64,000 nt of DNA from the NCBI GenBank assembly GCA_044225365.1, contig JBGAIQ010000013.1:64001-128000 (forward strand). The letters run 5' to 3'. Both the position numbers and the translations under genes were made by a program. This document shows, in pieces, positions 9,805-18,339 of the stretch. The DNA is from Planctomycetota bacterium. GTDB taxonomy: Bacteria; Planctomycetota; B15-G4; JADJEK01. Under the pieces are notes generated by a model that was given only the letters and a program-made list of their open reading frames with translations, was not told the DNA's origin and made no database searches. Numbering within the stretch: position 1 is the first letter of the stretch; the number at the start of each line of letters is the position of its first letter.

Positions 9805-10686
9805 ATGGAATCGATGGAACGCAAGGTCACTCCGCTCTCGGGCTTCTTGGGGCTTCTGCTCTTCTTCGGATTGATCGCCGGGGCGATCACGAGTTTCTTC
9901 AAGGCCGGCGATACTGGGGTTCCGCGCCAGGTCGACGGGCAGTTCATCGTGCTCGGACTCGGATGCGTCCTCGGCGCGATCCTGACCCTCCCGGGGTTCT
10001 TCGTCGTCGCTCCGAACGTCTCGCGTGTCCTCACATTGTTCGGCAAGTACGTGGGCACGGTGAAGGAGAACGGCTTCTACTGGACGAACCCGTTCACATC
10101 GAAGCAGGCGGTCTCGCTGCGCGCCCGCACGCTCAACGGCGCGACCCTGAAAGTGAACGACAAGTCGGGCAATCCCGTCGAGATCGCTGCGATCGTCGTG
10201 TGGCAGGTGAAGGACACCTATCGCGCGAAATTCGATGTCGACTCCTTCGAGCAATTCGTTGGGTCACAGAGCGAGACCGCGGTGCGCAAACTCGCCGCGC
10301 ATTTCCAATACGACGGCGGTGAGCACGAGATCACGCTTCGCGGCTCGACGCAGGAGGTGAGCGATCAGCTCGCGCACGAGCTGACGGAGCGGCTGCATCG
10401 CGCGGGCGTCGAGGTGCTCGAGGCACGCATCAGCCACCTGGCGTATGCTCCCGAGATCGCGCACGCGATGCTCCAACGACAACAGGCGCAGGCGGTGATC
10501 GCCGCCCGTAGCACGATCGTCGAAGGCGCAGTCGGGATGGTCGAGATGGCCCTCAATCACCTGAAGGAGAAGAACGTCGTCGACCTCGACGGCGAGCGTC
10601 GCGCCGCGATGGTGAGCAATCTGATGGTCGTCTTGTGCTCGGACCGCACCACACCCGTCATCAACGCGGGCAGTCTGTACACCTGA
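9805..10686 (+). CDS. SPFH/band 7 domain membrane protein
   Basis: Two TM helices, then [56 protein letters not shown]; SD AGGAG upstream. Confidence 0.92.
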   Translation: MESMERKVTPLSGFLGLLLFFGLIAGAITSFFKAGDTGVPRQVDGQFIVLGLGCVLGAILTLPGFFVVAPNVSRVLTLFGKYVGTVKENGFYWTNPFTSKQAVSLRARTLNGATLKVNDKSGNPVEIAAIVVWQVKDTYRAKFDVDSFEQFVGSQSETAVRKLAAHFQYDGGEHEITLRGSTQEVSDQLAHELTERLHRAGVEVLEARISHLAYAPEIAHAMLQRQQAQAVIAARSTIVEGAVGMVEMALNHLKEKNVVDLDGERRAAMVSNLMVVLCSDRTTPVINAGSLYT

Positions 10687-10718
10687 CGAGAACCAAGCCT
10701 CCTGCGAGCGGAGTGAGC

Positions 10719-10886
10719 GTGGGCAATCGCAAGGAATTCCTGCTTCGGATCGACCAGCAGCTCCACGACGAACTGCGGCGATGGGCCGACGACGACCTGC
10801 GCAGTCTGAATGCGCAGGTCGAGTGGATCCTGCGTCGTGCGATCGATCAGCGCCGCCGCGAGAAGACCGACAAGAAACAAGGATGA
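10719..10886 (+). CDS. Arc/ribbon-helix-helix DNA-binding protein
   Basis: RKEFLLRIDQQLHDELRRWADDDLRSLNAQVEWILR, the RHH protein that commonly follows SPFH genes. Confidence 0.85.
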   Translation: MGNRKEFLLRIDQQLHDELRRWADDDLRSLNAQVEWILRRAIDQRRREKTDKKQG

Positions 10887-10890
10887 ATCC

Positions 10891-11088
10891 ATGCAGACGA
10901 GATGGAAGTACATGGTGGTGAAGTTCACGACCTTCGGTTTCCTCGGCGGTCGGGTCGACGAGGTCGCGATGGGCGAGAGACTCGATCAGTTGGGTGCGGA
11001 GGGGTGGGAGGTCGTGTCGTGCGTGGGGAGCGCGCAGTCCCACGGCCGAACGCGGGAAATCGTCGCGGTTCTGAAGCGACCTGTGTGA
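10891..11088 (+). CDS. DUF4177 family small protein
   Basis: RWKYMVV...LDQLGAEGWEVVS...LKRP. Confidence 0.85.
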   Translation: MQTRWKYMVVKFTTFGFLGGRVDEVAMGERLDQLGAEGWEVVSCVGSAQSHGRTREIVAVLKRPV

Positions 11089-11136
11089 TGGAGGATGGAG
11101 AAGAGGGTAAGAGCCGCGCTGGAGCGCGGCGGTCCG

Positions 11137-11213
11137 GTAGGGCGCACGGCTGAGCGCCCGGGCCCAGCGGTGAACGGTGGATACCCGACGGGCAGACAGC
11201 CGTCTGCCCCTAC
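11137..11213. repeat. Inverted pair of GTAG-type REP-like palindromes (REPIN-like)
   Basis: GTAGGGCGCACGGCTGAGCGCCCG (+) and GACGGGCAGACAGCCGTCTGCCCCTAC (-) between convergent genes. Confidence 0.7.
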
Positions 11214-11926
11214 AGCGAGGCGGTGTCGACGAGGAACGTCACGCCGCCGTCGCGCGGATTCACTTGCGCGGAGGGGAAACCCGAGGCCGGGCCCTCCTTC
11301 AAGATGCGGGAGAGCACGGGTCGCTTCGCCGCACCGGAAACGAGGAACGCGATGGCCCGTGCAGCGTTCAGCGCGGCGTAGGTGAGCGTGAGGCGCTTCT
11401 GCGGCTTCCCCTCGGGAGCGACCGCGACCACGAGCTCCGGACCGCGGCAGCGTTCGACGACGTCGGGAAAGATCGAAGCCGTGTGTCCGTCGTCGCCGAT
11501 ACCGAGGAGAACGAGATCGAAGCGCGGCGTGCCGCTCTTCTCGCTTGCGACGCTGCTGCGGATCATCGCTTCGTATTCCGCCGCGACGGCTGCGAGATCG
11601 TTCTTCTCGCCCGCCATACGGAACACGTTTGCGCTCGGCACGTTCACGCGCGAGAGCCAGGCTTCGCTCGCCATCTTGAAGTTGCTGTCGGGATGATCGG
11701 GCGGAACGCAGCGTTCGTCGCCGAAGAAGACCTTCCACCGCGCGAACTCGGCGTTCGCCGATTCGGCGGCGAGTAGGGCGTAGACGTCCTTCGGAGTCGA
11801 GCCTCCGGCGAGCGCGATCGAGAACTCGCCACGCTGTTCGATCGCGGCGCGCGCGAGATTCAGTACATAGTCCGTCGCGCCGCGCGCGAGAGCCACCTTG
11901 TCCGAGAAGACGGCGAGCGTCCGCAT
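11210..11926 (-). CDS. pgl: 6-phosphogluconolactonase
   Basis: ALAGGSTP, FFGDERCVPPDHPDSNF, LLGIGDDGHTASIFP; lies downstream of zwf-opcA. Confidence 0.95.
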   Translation of the reverse strand: MRTLAVFSDKVALARGATDYVLNLARAAIEQRGEFSIALAGGSTPKDVYALLAAESANAEFARWKVFFGDERCVPPDHPDSNFKMASEAWLSRVNVPSANVFRMAGEKNDLAAVAAEYEAMIRSSVASEKSGTPRFDLVLLGIGDDGHTASIFPDVVERCRGPELVVAVAPEGKPQKRLTLTYAALNAARAIAFLVSGAAKRPVLSRILKEGPASGFPSAQVNPRDGGVTFLVDTASL

Positions 11927-12984
11927 CACCGGCCCTTGCTGTACCGCGCGATCACGGCGCGCAGCGCCTGATCGTAGGCGATGTCGCGGATCGGGTCGGC
12001 GAGCACGTGGGTGAGCGCGGCGAACGGATGGAGCAACGGCCGCGGCAGCTCGGCGGCGGCGGTGCCATCCTCTTCGTCGCTCCGCAACCGCAGCACGTGA
12101 TTGCCGAACTGTTTGAAGTGGATGTCCGTGCGCTTGTCGTCGTCGTGCACTTCGAGATCGATCCCGCACACGGCGCCCTTTTGCGACGGGTCGTCGACCT
12201 GGCGCCGCATGCGGACGAACGGCCGCTGATCGCCTGCAAATCGCGATTCGAGCCAACCGAGCACGAGCGAGCCCTGCGCGTCGTTGTCGGCGCACGTCGC
12301 CTGCACGGCCGTCACGCGCGCGCCCGCGCCGGCGACCTCGTCGTACCCGGCCGCGATCACTTCGCGCCAGGTGCGCAGGCGTTCGAATGCAATGTCGCGA
12401 ACGATGAGATGCTCGATGTTCTCGAGTCGGGCGAGATACTGAAACGTGTCCGCGACATCCGCGCAGCCATCCGAATCGACGATCAGCACGTCGACGACTG
12501 GCACGAGCTGCGCGACGAGATCACTCCGCAGGAGCTTCGTGTCGGGAACGAAGAGCACGAGTGGCAGATCGGACACGGCGAGCGGAACGAGGATCGACGG
12601 GAGATCGCGCAGCGTCGAGTTCGACGCTTTCACGACGACCTGTTCCTGACAGAACTGCTTGCCACCGGACCCGCCGATCGTGCACGTCCCTCCGACCTGT
12701 GCCGTCACGCCATCGCAGCTTGCGATCTCGACGATGACGCTGCGCGCCGGCACGACCGCGATCGCCGCGTTCACGGCATTCGCCATCGTAGGGAATGTCG
12801 CACTCTCGCTGATCGCGATGAGAGTGAGGGCTCGCGAACGGACGATCGCGCTCTCGCCTTTCTCGGTCGAGATTCCGTCGGCGGCGCGCCACATCGACGA
12901 CAGCGCGCGGCCGATCTCGTCGATCGGTACCGTTCGCTGCGCGAAGACCGCTTCGAGGGAAGCGCCCGGTGTCGCGGTGCCCAT
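11926..12984 (-). CDS. opcA: Glucose-6-phosphate dehydrogenase assembly protein OpcA-like
   Basis: Sits between zwf and pgl; PLAVSDLPLVLF, LIVDS, RDIAFERLRTWRE motifs. Confidence 0.8.
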   Translation of the reverse strand: MGTATPGASLEAVFAQRTVPIDEIGRALSSMWRAADGISTEKGESAIVRSRALTLIAISESATFPTMANAVNAAIAVVPARSVIVEIASCDGVTAQVGGTCTIGGSGGKQFCQEQVVVKASNSTLRDLPSILVPLAVSDLPLVLFVPDTKLLRSDLVAQLVPVVDVLIVDSDGCADVADTFQYLARLENIEHLIVRDIAFERLRTWREVIAAGYDEVAGAGARVTAVQATCADNDAQGSLVLGWLESRFAGDQRPFVRMRRQVDDPSQKGAVCGIDLEVHDDDKRTDIHFKQFGNHVLRLRSDEEDGTAAAELPRPLLHPFAALTHVLADPIRDIAYDQALRAVIARYSKGR

Positions 12985-12986
12985 GA

Positions 12987-14534
12987 TCAGAGCCTCCGCC
13001 ACTCACGGCCATCGCGCTCGAGCAGGAGATCCGCGGCCCGCGGGCCGTACGTTCCGGCCTCGTAGTTCGGGAAGATCGTCGGTGGCCCGTCCTTCCAGGA
13101 ATCGAGGATCGGCATCACGAGCTTCCAGGCTTCTTCGGCGATGTCGCCGCGGATGAAGAGCGTCGGATCGCCAAGCATGCAGTCGAGCACGAGTCGCTCA
13201 TACGCATCCGGTTGCGCTTCGGCGAACGCAGTGCCGTATTGGAAGTCCATCTTCACCGGGCGGATCTTGATGTCGTAGCCCGGAACTTTGGAACCGAACT
13301 TCAGCGCGATGCCCTCGTCGGGTTGGATGCGCAGCGCAAGAACGTTGGTGTCGAAGGTCGGGCCGCCGCCACCTGCGAACAGGCGATGGGGCACTTCCTT
13401 GAACTGGATCGCCACTTCCGAGACCTTCTTCGGCAGGCGCTTTCCCGTCCGGAGGTAGAACGGGACGCCGGCCCAGCGCCAGTTGTCGACATTGAGTTTC
13501 ATCGCGCAGTACGTCTCGGTCTTCGAGTCGGGCTGCACGCTCTCTTCTTCGCGATAGCCGGGCACGCGCTTGCCGTTGATCGATCCCGCACCGTACTGAC
13601 CGCGGATCACGCGCTCGCCGATCTCACCGAGTTCGAAGGGCCGCAGACTGCGCAGCACCTTCTTGCGCTCATCGCGGATCGCTTCCGGATCGAGACTCGC
13701 GGGAGGCTCCATCGCGATGAGGCAGAGGAGCTGCAGCAGGTGATTCTGGATCATGTCCCGCAGCGCGCCCGACTCCTCGTAGTAGCCGCCACGCCCTTCG
13801 ACGCCGAGCGTCTCCGCGACGGAGATCTGTACGTTGTCGATGTAGCGGTTGTTCCACAGGGGCTCGAAGATTGCGTTCGCGAAGCGCAGAACGAGCATAT
13901 TCTGCACCGTCTCCTTCCCGAGGTAATGATCGATGCGATACACCTCGGATTCGTCGAAGGCGGTGAGGAGCTTCTTGTTGAGGGCAACGGCGCTGTCGTA
14001 GTCGCGTCCGAAAGGCTTCTCGACGATCACGCGGCGATCGCCGTTCGTGCCGGCGGCCCGCTCGAGGTCGCGAACTTCGGCGAGGCGATCGAGGATCGGG
14101 AAGAAGGCCGACGGGGGAGTCGAGAGATAGAACAGGCGATTACCGCCGGTGCCGTGTTCCTTGTCGATTTCGCGCAACCGCGCGTAGAGGTCCTTCGACG
14201 ACGACGGGTCGTCGTTGTCGACCTTCTGGTAGTGAAAGCTCTGGAGCATCGCTTTCACGACCTGCGCAGAGTCGGTGCCCGGCCGCTTCCCCGCCTCGAC
14301 GGACTTCTGCATGTCCTCGCGGAATGCGTCGTCACTCATGTCCTGGCGACCGACGCCGATGAGTGCGAACGATCGCGGCAAGAGTCCCGCGTGCGCAAGG
14401 CTCGACAACGCCGGCACGATCTTCCGCTTCGCGAGATCGCCACGGGCGCCGAAGAGAACGAAGACACACGGCTCCGGCGCGCGCGAGAGGCGCAGGCCGG
14501 AACGAAAGGGATTCTCTGCCGCCATTCGCGCCAT
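12987..14534 (-). CDS. zwf: Glucose-6-phosphate 1-dehydrogenase
   Basis: FGARGDLAKRK, RIDHYLGKETVQN, RWAGVPFYLRTGK. Confidence 0.97.
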   Translation of the reverse strand: MARMAAENPFRSGLRLSRAPEPCVFVLFGARGDLAKRKIVPALSSLAHAGLLPRSFALIGVGRQDMSDDAFREDMQKSVEAGKRPGTDSAQVVKAMLQSFHYQKVDNDDPSSSKDLYARLREIDKEHGTGGNRLFYLSTPPSAFFPILDRLAEVRDLERAAGTNGDRRVIVEKPFGRDYDSAVALNKKLLTAFDESEVYRIDHYLGKETVQNMLVLRFANAIFEPLWNNRYIDNVQISVAETLGVEGRGGYYEESGALRDMIQNHLLQLLCLIAMEPPASLDPEAIRDERKKVLRSLRPFELGEIGERVIRGQYGAGSINGKRVPGYREEESVQPDSKTETYCAMKLNVDNWRWAGVPFYLRTGKRLPKKVSEVAIQFKEVPHRLFAGGGGPTFDTNVLALRIQPDEGIALKFGSKVPGYDIKIRPVKMDFQYGTAFAEAQPDAYERLVLDCMLGDPTLFIRGDIAEEAWKLVMPILDSWKDGPPTIFPNYEAGTYGPRAADLLLERDGREWRRL

Positions 14535-14569
14535 GGTTTCCTCTGACGGTTGGGCACACGGGTCGGATT

Positions 14570-14646
14570 GTAGGGGCGCACGGCTGTGCGCCCGTCACGG
14601 CGTTTACGACAATTCCGCCGCAGGGCCGACCGCCGTCCGCTCCTAC
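14570..14646. repeat. Inverted pair of GTAG-type REP-like palindromes
   Basis: GTAGGGGCGCACGGCTGTGCGCCCGTC (+) and the reverse complement of GTAGGAGCGGACGGCGGTCGGCCC (-). Confidence 0.65.
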
Positions 14647-14680
14647 GAAATGATCGAGAGTTCGACGATCGAATCTGAAA

Positions 14681-16378
14681 TCAATGGTCGAGGGTCAAGG
14701 TGTCGACGGATTCGATCGGCTGCGGGCCGAACTTCGTCGTGGTCCCATCGGGCCACGTCACGTCGACCGTGTAGGTCTTGGTCCCGAGAGGCAGTCCGAA
14801 GTGGACCTGTGGCGGATTCGAACTCTGATAACCCCCGCTGGTATAGACCCAGCGCGTTTGCTTCACGCCGCCCGCGTCGACGACGATCTTGCTGCCGATT
14901 CCATGATGGTTCTTCACATCCGGCCTTCGGTCGAGGAGAGCGACGATCGTCCACGGTCCCTTCGCACCGTCGTTCTCGAGGACGCGGATCGGTTCGTTCA
15001 AACTGTTCACGATCATGTCGATGTCGCCGTCGAGGTCGAGGTCGTCGAAGACCGCACTGCGATCGCAACGGGCTTCCTTCAACCAGGGGCCGGCTTCCTC
15101 GGCGCTCACGAGCTCGAAACGCTTGCCGGCGGTGCGGCGGAAGAGCTGCGGCACCTGATCATGCATCCAGCCGCGCGGCTCGGTGATCTCCTTCGGGTAG
15201 ACATGACCATCGAACACGACGATGTCCTCGTCGCCGTCGTGATCGAAGTCGTAGAAGCCGGTCGCCCACTTCAAGTACGGCCGCGAGACGACGCCGAGGC
15301 CCCAGAGCGGGGTTTGATCCGAGAATTGCCGCTTCCCGACGTACACGTGGAGCGTGTTGGTGTCGTTCATGAAGTTCGTCGAGAACACGTCCGCGAGTTG
15401 ATCGCCGTTCACGTCGCCGATCGCGATGCCCATCGTGGCCTGCTCGATACCGTCGGAATTCGTCGCGATCCCGCTCGTGACGCCGAGGTCCTCGAACGAG
15501 CCGTCGGCCTTGCGCATGAACAGGTTGTTCTTGCCCGAGTCGTTGCCGACGAAGATGTCCTGCTTGCCGTCCCCGTCGAAGTCGAGGATCACCGCGCCGA
15601 GGCCGTAACCCGGCTCGACCTTGTCGAACCCGAGTCGTGACGTGGCGTCCTCGAACGTGCCATCGCCGCGATTCACGAACACGCGATCGGGTTGCGCCTT
15701 CAGGCCCATCGGTCCGCCGAACACGCGCGCGGTCATGAACGTGGTCTCGGGCGGCGGGTTCTTCGGGTCGAACTCGATGTAGTTGACGACGTAGAGGTCG
15801 AGGTCGCCGTCCTGGTCGATGTCGCCGCACGCGGTGGCCGTCGTCCAGTCGTTCGCACCCCCGGCGACACCGGCCTGCGCCGTCGCATCCTCGAACTTCC
15901 CGCCGAGATTGTGATACAGCGAATTCTCGCCGAAGGCGCTGACGTAGAGGTCGTCCTTGCCGTCTCCGTCGTAGTCGAGCGCGCACGATCCGAAACCCCA
16001 GCGATCGAACGCGATGCCCGTCCTCGAGGTGATGTCACGGAAGTGAATCGCGGGACGCTTGCCCATGTTGCTGATGTTCTCGTAGAAACGGCATCCCGGG
16101 CCCTTCTTCGGCGAATCGAGTGTGGCGCCGTTGGGGACGAAGAGGTCGTAGTCGCCGTCGCCGTCGAAGTCGAGGAGCGCGAGGCCGCCGCCCTTCACCT
16201 CGAGGATCTGCGTCGAAGGTGTCTTGCCCGATGTCGTCGTGAAGTCGATCCCACTGTTCTTCGTGATGTCGACGAAGTGGAGTCGGCCCATCGCCGGCTT
16301 CTCTGGCTCTGGATGCGAGCAACCGACGAGGGACGCGAGGACGACGAAGGCGAGTCGAACGGAGCGGGAAATGGTCAG
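14681..16378 (-). CDS. CRTAC1/ASPIC-UnbV family FG-GAP repeat lipoprotein
   Basis: Multiple DxDGDGxxDL repeats and C-terminal GGYQSSNPPQVHFGL (ASPIC/UnbV). A lipobox LVGC upstream of the first ATG (16291) implies a CTG start at 16378. Confidence 0.9.
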   Translation of the reverse strand: MTISRSVRLAFVVLASLVGCSHPEPEKPAMGRLHFVDITKNSGIDFTTTSGKTPSTQILEVKGGGLALLDFDGDGDYDLFVPNGATLDSPKKGPGCRFYENISNMGKRPAIHFRDITSRTGIAFDRWGFGSCALDYDGDGKDDLYVSAFGENSLYHNLGGKFEDATAQAGVAGGANDWTTATACGDIDQDGDLDLYVVNYIEFDPKNPPPETTFMTARVFGGPMGLKAQPDRVFVNRGDGTFEDATSRLGFDKVEPGYGLGAVILDFDGDGKQDIFVGNDSGKNNLFMRKADGSFEDLGVTSGIATNSDGIEQATMGIAIGDVNGDQLADVFSTNFMNDTNTLHVYVGKRQFSDQTPLWGLGVVSRPYLKWATGFYDFDHDGDEDIVVFDGHVYPKEITEPRGWMHDQVPQLFRRTAGKRFELVSAEEAGPWLKEARCDRSAVFDDLDLDGDIDMIVNSLNEPIRVLENDGAKGPWTIVALLDRRPDVKNHHGIGSKIVVDAGGVKQTRWVYTSGGYQSSNPPQVHFGLPLGTKTYTVDVTWPDGTTTKFGPQPIESVDTLTLDH

Positions 16379-17295
16379 TCTCCTTCGGGGCGATTACCGG
16401 ACATCGATGGAGCGCCGTGCTTCGCGCGGCCCTTCTTGATCTCTTCCAGCGCGGCCTTCTCGAGATCGAGTTCGCCAAGTCGGTGATACACGCGCGAAAG
16501 GTTGAACCAGCAGTCTTCGCTCCACGCGACGTACTTCGTCGCGTCCTCGAGGAGGATTCGCGCTTCCTTCAGGAGTGCGTCAGACTTCGAGGGATCGAGT
16601 TCGCTGCGCTGCAGCAGCAGCCCGCCGAGGCGCACCTCCGTCTTTCCGAAGTCGGTGCGGTCGGATTGGCGCGGTGCTTTGCCCTGCTTCGCGAGGTTCA
16701 CGAGCGCGTCCTTCGCGAGGCGATTCGAATCGCGCAGATGCTTCTCGGCTTCGTCGAGGTCGCCGCGCTCGAGCGCGATCAGGCCGAGACCGTACTGCGT
16801 ATCGGCTTCATCGAGGCCGAGCTTCGAAGCGGCCTGGAAGGCCGCGGCCGAGGTGTCGAGGTCCCCGAGGTAGTAGCACGTCCACGCGTAGTAGATGAAC
16901 GCGCCCTTCGCGTTGTCGAACACAGGCCCAGCGTCGATCACCCTCTCGAAATCTGGGCGCGCGGCGGCATAGAGCTTCTGCCGGTGATTCGAGAAAGCGC
17001 GGATGTACAGCGCGCGCGGGTTGTTCGGATCCTTCGCGAGGAACTCGTCGCACACCTCGCGGGCACGAGTCGAATTGCCGAGCACGAGCGCCGACATCGC
17101 TTGCTTCAGGACCGGGTCGTCGATCTTCGGCAACTCGCCCCTTTGCGCCGCAAAGCGTTCGAGTGCACTCTCGATGCGGAGGACGCCCGGCGACTTCGCG
17201 ACGTTCGAGTTCTTTGCGTCGCCCGGACGATCGCATGCGAGCGTCAGGCAGGCGACGAGGCACGTCGCAATCGTGGCGCGGAACGAGAGCATCAT
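16375..17295 (-). CDS. TPR-repeat lipoprotein
   Basis: Signal peptide with LTLAC lipobox; TPR motifs (DPNNPRALY, ADTQYGLGLIALERGDLDEAEKHL, WFNLSRVYHRLG). Confidence 0.8.
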   Translation of the reverse strand: MMLSFRATIATCLVACLTLACDRPGDAKNSNVAKSPGVLRIESALERFAAQRGELPKIDDPVLKQAMSALVLGNSTRAREVCDEFLAKDPNNPRALYIRAFSNHRQKLYAAARPDFERVIDAGPVFDNAKGAFIYYAWTCYYLGDLDTSAAAFQAASKLGLDEADTQYGLGLIALERGDLDEAEKHLRDSNRLAKDALVNLAKQGKAPRQSDRTDFGKTEVRLGGLLLQRSELDPSKSDALLKEARILLEDATKYVAWSEDCWFNLSRVYHRLGELDLEKAALEEIKKGRAKHGAPSMSGNRPEGD

Positions 17296-17347
17296 GCGCA
17301 GATCGTAGCGTGCAGGAAGTCGTCCCGGGGCGGCTGTTTTGGGGGCC

Positions 17348-17962
17348 TCAATCGAGGACGCGCGTCCACGCCGCAAGGCGCTCCGCGAGCGCGACGCGCC
17401 CGCGCTGGACTCGCTTGTACGCCGTTTCGACGTCGAGGGAGAGGTCGGTGGCGGCGTCCTTGATCGGCATCTCGCGCAGGTACACGCGCTCGAGGATCTC
17501 GCGTTGATCCTTCGGCAGCGTGGCGAGCGCGAGGCGAAGCGTCGTCGCTTCGGAGCCGCTCACGGCTTTCTCCTCCGGCGACGGAAGCGACGAAGCCACT
17601 TCCGGAGCGCCTTCGGCATCGCTGCTCGAGACTCCCGGGCGAGCGTTTCGTCGCTGCGCATGGCGAGACAGCAAGCGGAATGCGCAGCGCAGCAGATAGG
17701 CGCGAAACGCGATCGGATTCTCGAAGCTGGTGCGGCGCGCCACCTTCACGAATCCAGCGGCCGCGTCCTGAGCGACGTCGCTCGCGCTACGCGTGGGCGT
17801 GAGCATGTGCCCGTAACGGCGGCGGATTCGCTCTTTCAGCGTCGCGATCTCCACGCGGAGCAACTCGTCGAGCAACTGCGGCTCGCCGTTCTGCTGGAAG
17901 CGCGCGAGGAGGCTCGCGACCGGGTCTTCCGCGTTCGATCGTGAATTCGAGGACGATTCCAT
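17348..17962 (-). CDS. ECF sigma-70 factor
   Basis: sigma2 (SASDVAQDA, FRAYL) and sigma4 (LALATLPKDQREILERVYLREMPIKDAATDL...KRVQRGRVAL). Confidence 0.88.
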   Translation of the reverse strand: MESSSNSRSNAEDPVASLLARFQQNGEPQLLDELLRVEIATLKERIRRRYGHMLTPTRSASDVAQDAAAGFVKVARRTSFENPIAFRAYLLRCAFRLLSRHAQRRNARPGVSSSDAEGAPEVASSLPSPEEKAVSGSEATTLRLALATLPKDQREILERVYLREMPIKDAATDLSLDVETAYKRVQRGRVALAERLAAWTRVLD

Positions 17963-18015
17963 GGGTGCCGCAGAATCGGTGTCCAACCCGAGTGAGAGTA
18001 CACCTTCTGGGAGCT

Positions 18016-18258
18016 ATGGCGAACAACCAGAAAATCGCTGACGTCCCGAGCGACGACGATCCACTCGTCCGCTCGCTCCACGATTGGCTGGACCCCGCGA
18101 ACTTCCCTGCGATCGCGTCGAAGGTCGACGCGAAGCTCGACTATCTCGACACGGCGGATCGGGCGCGCTTCACGCGGCTCGTCGCCGAGACCTTGGAACG
18201 AGTCCGCGCAAGGAAAACGAAGGATCTTGGAAGATCCGAGTCCAGCGCCGCCGAGTGA
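18016..18258 (+). CDS. 80-aa protein homologous to the N-terminal pre-kinase domain of the neighbouring Ser/Thr kinases
   Basis: GGGAG SD; DVPSDDDPLVRSLHDWLDPANF...DRARFTRLVAET aligns with kinase DVPDDPLARAIFDWLDPERF...DKERWRRLISES. Confidence 0.75.
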   Translation: MANNQKIADVPSDDDPLVRSLHDWLDPANFPAIASKVDAKLDYLDTADRARFTRLVAETLERVRARKTKDLGRSESSAAE

Positions 18259-18339
18259 GCGCCTTTCTCTCTCCCGACCGGCGCGATTCCCGCGCTGGCC
18301 CGACACCTCGAATCCAACTCGATCAAAGAGAGAACGGTC

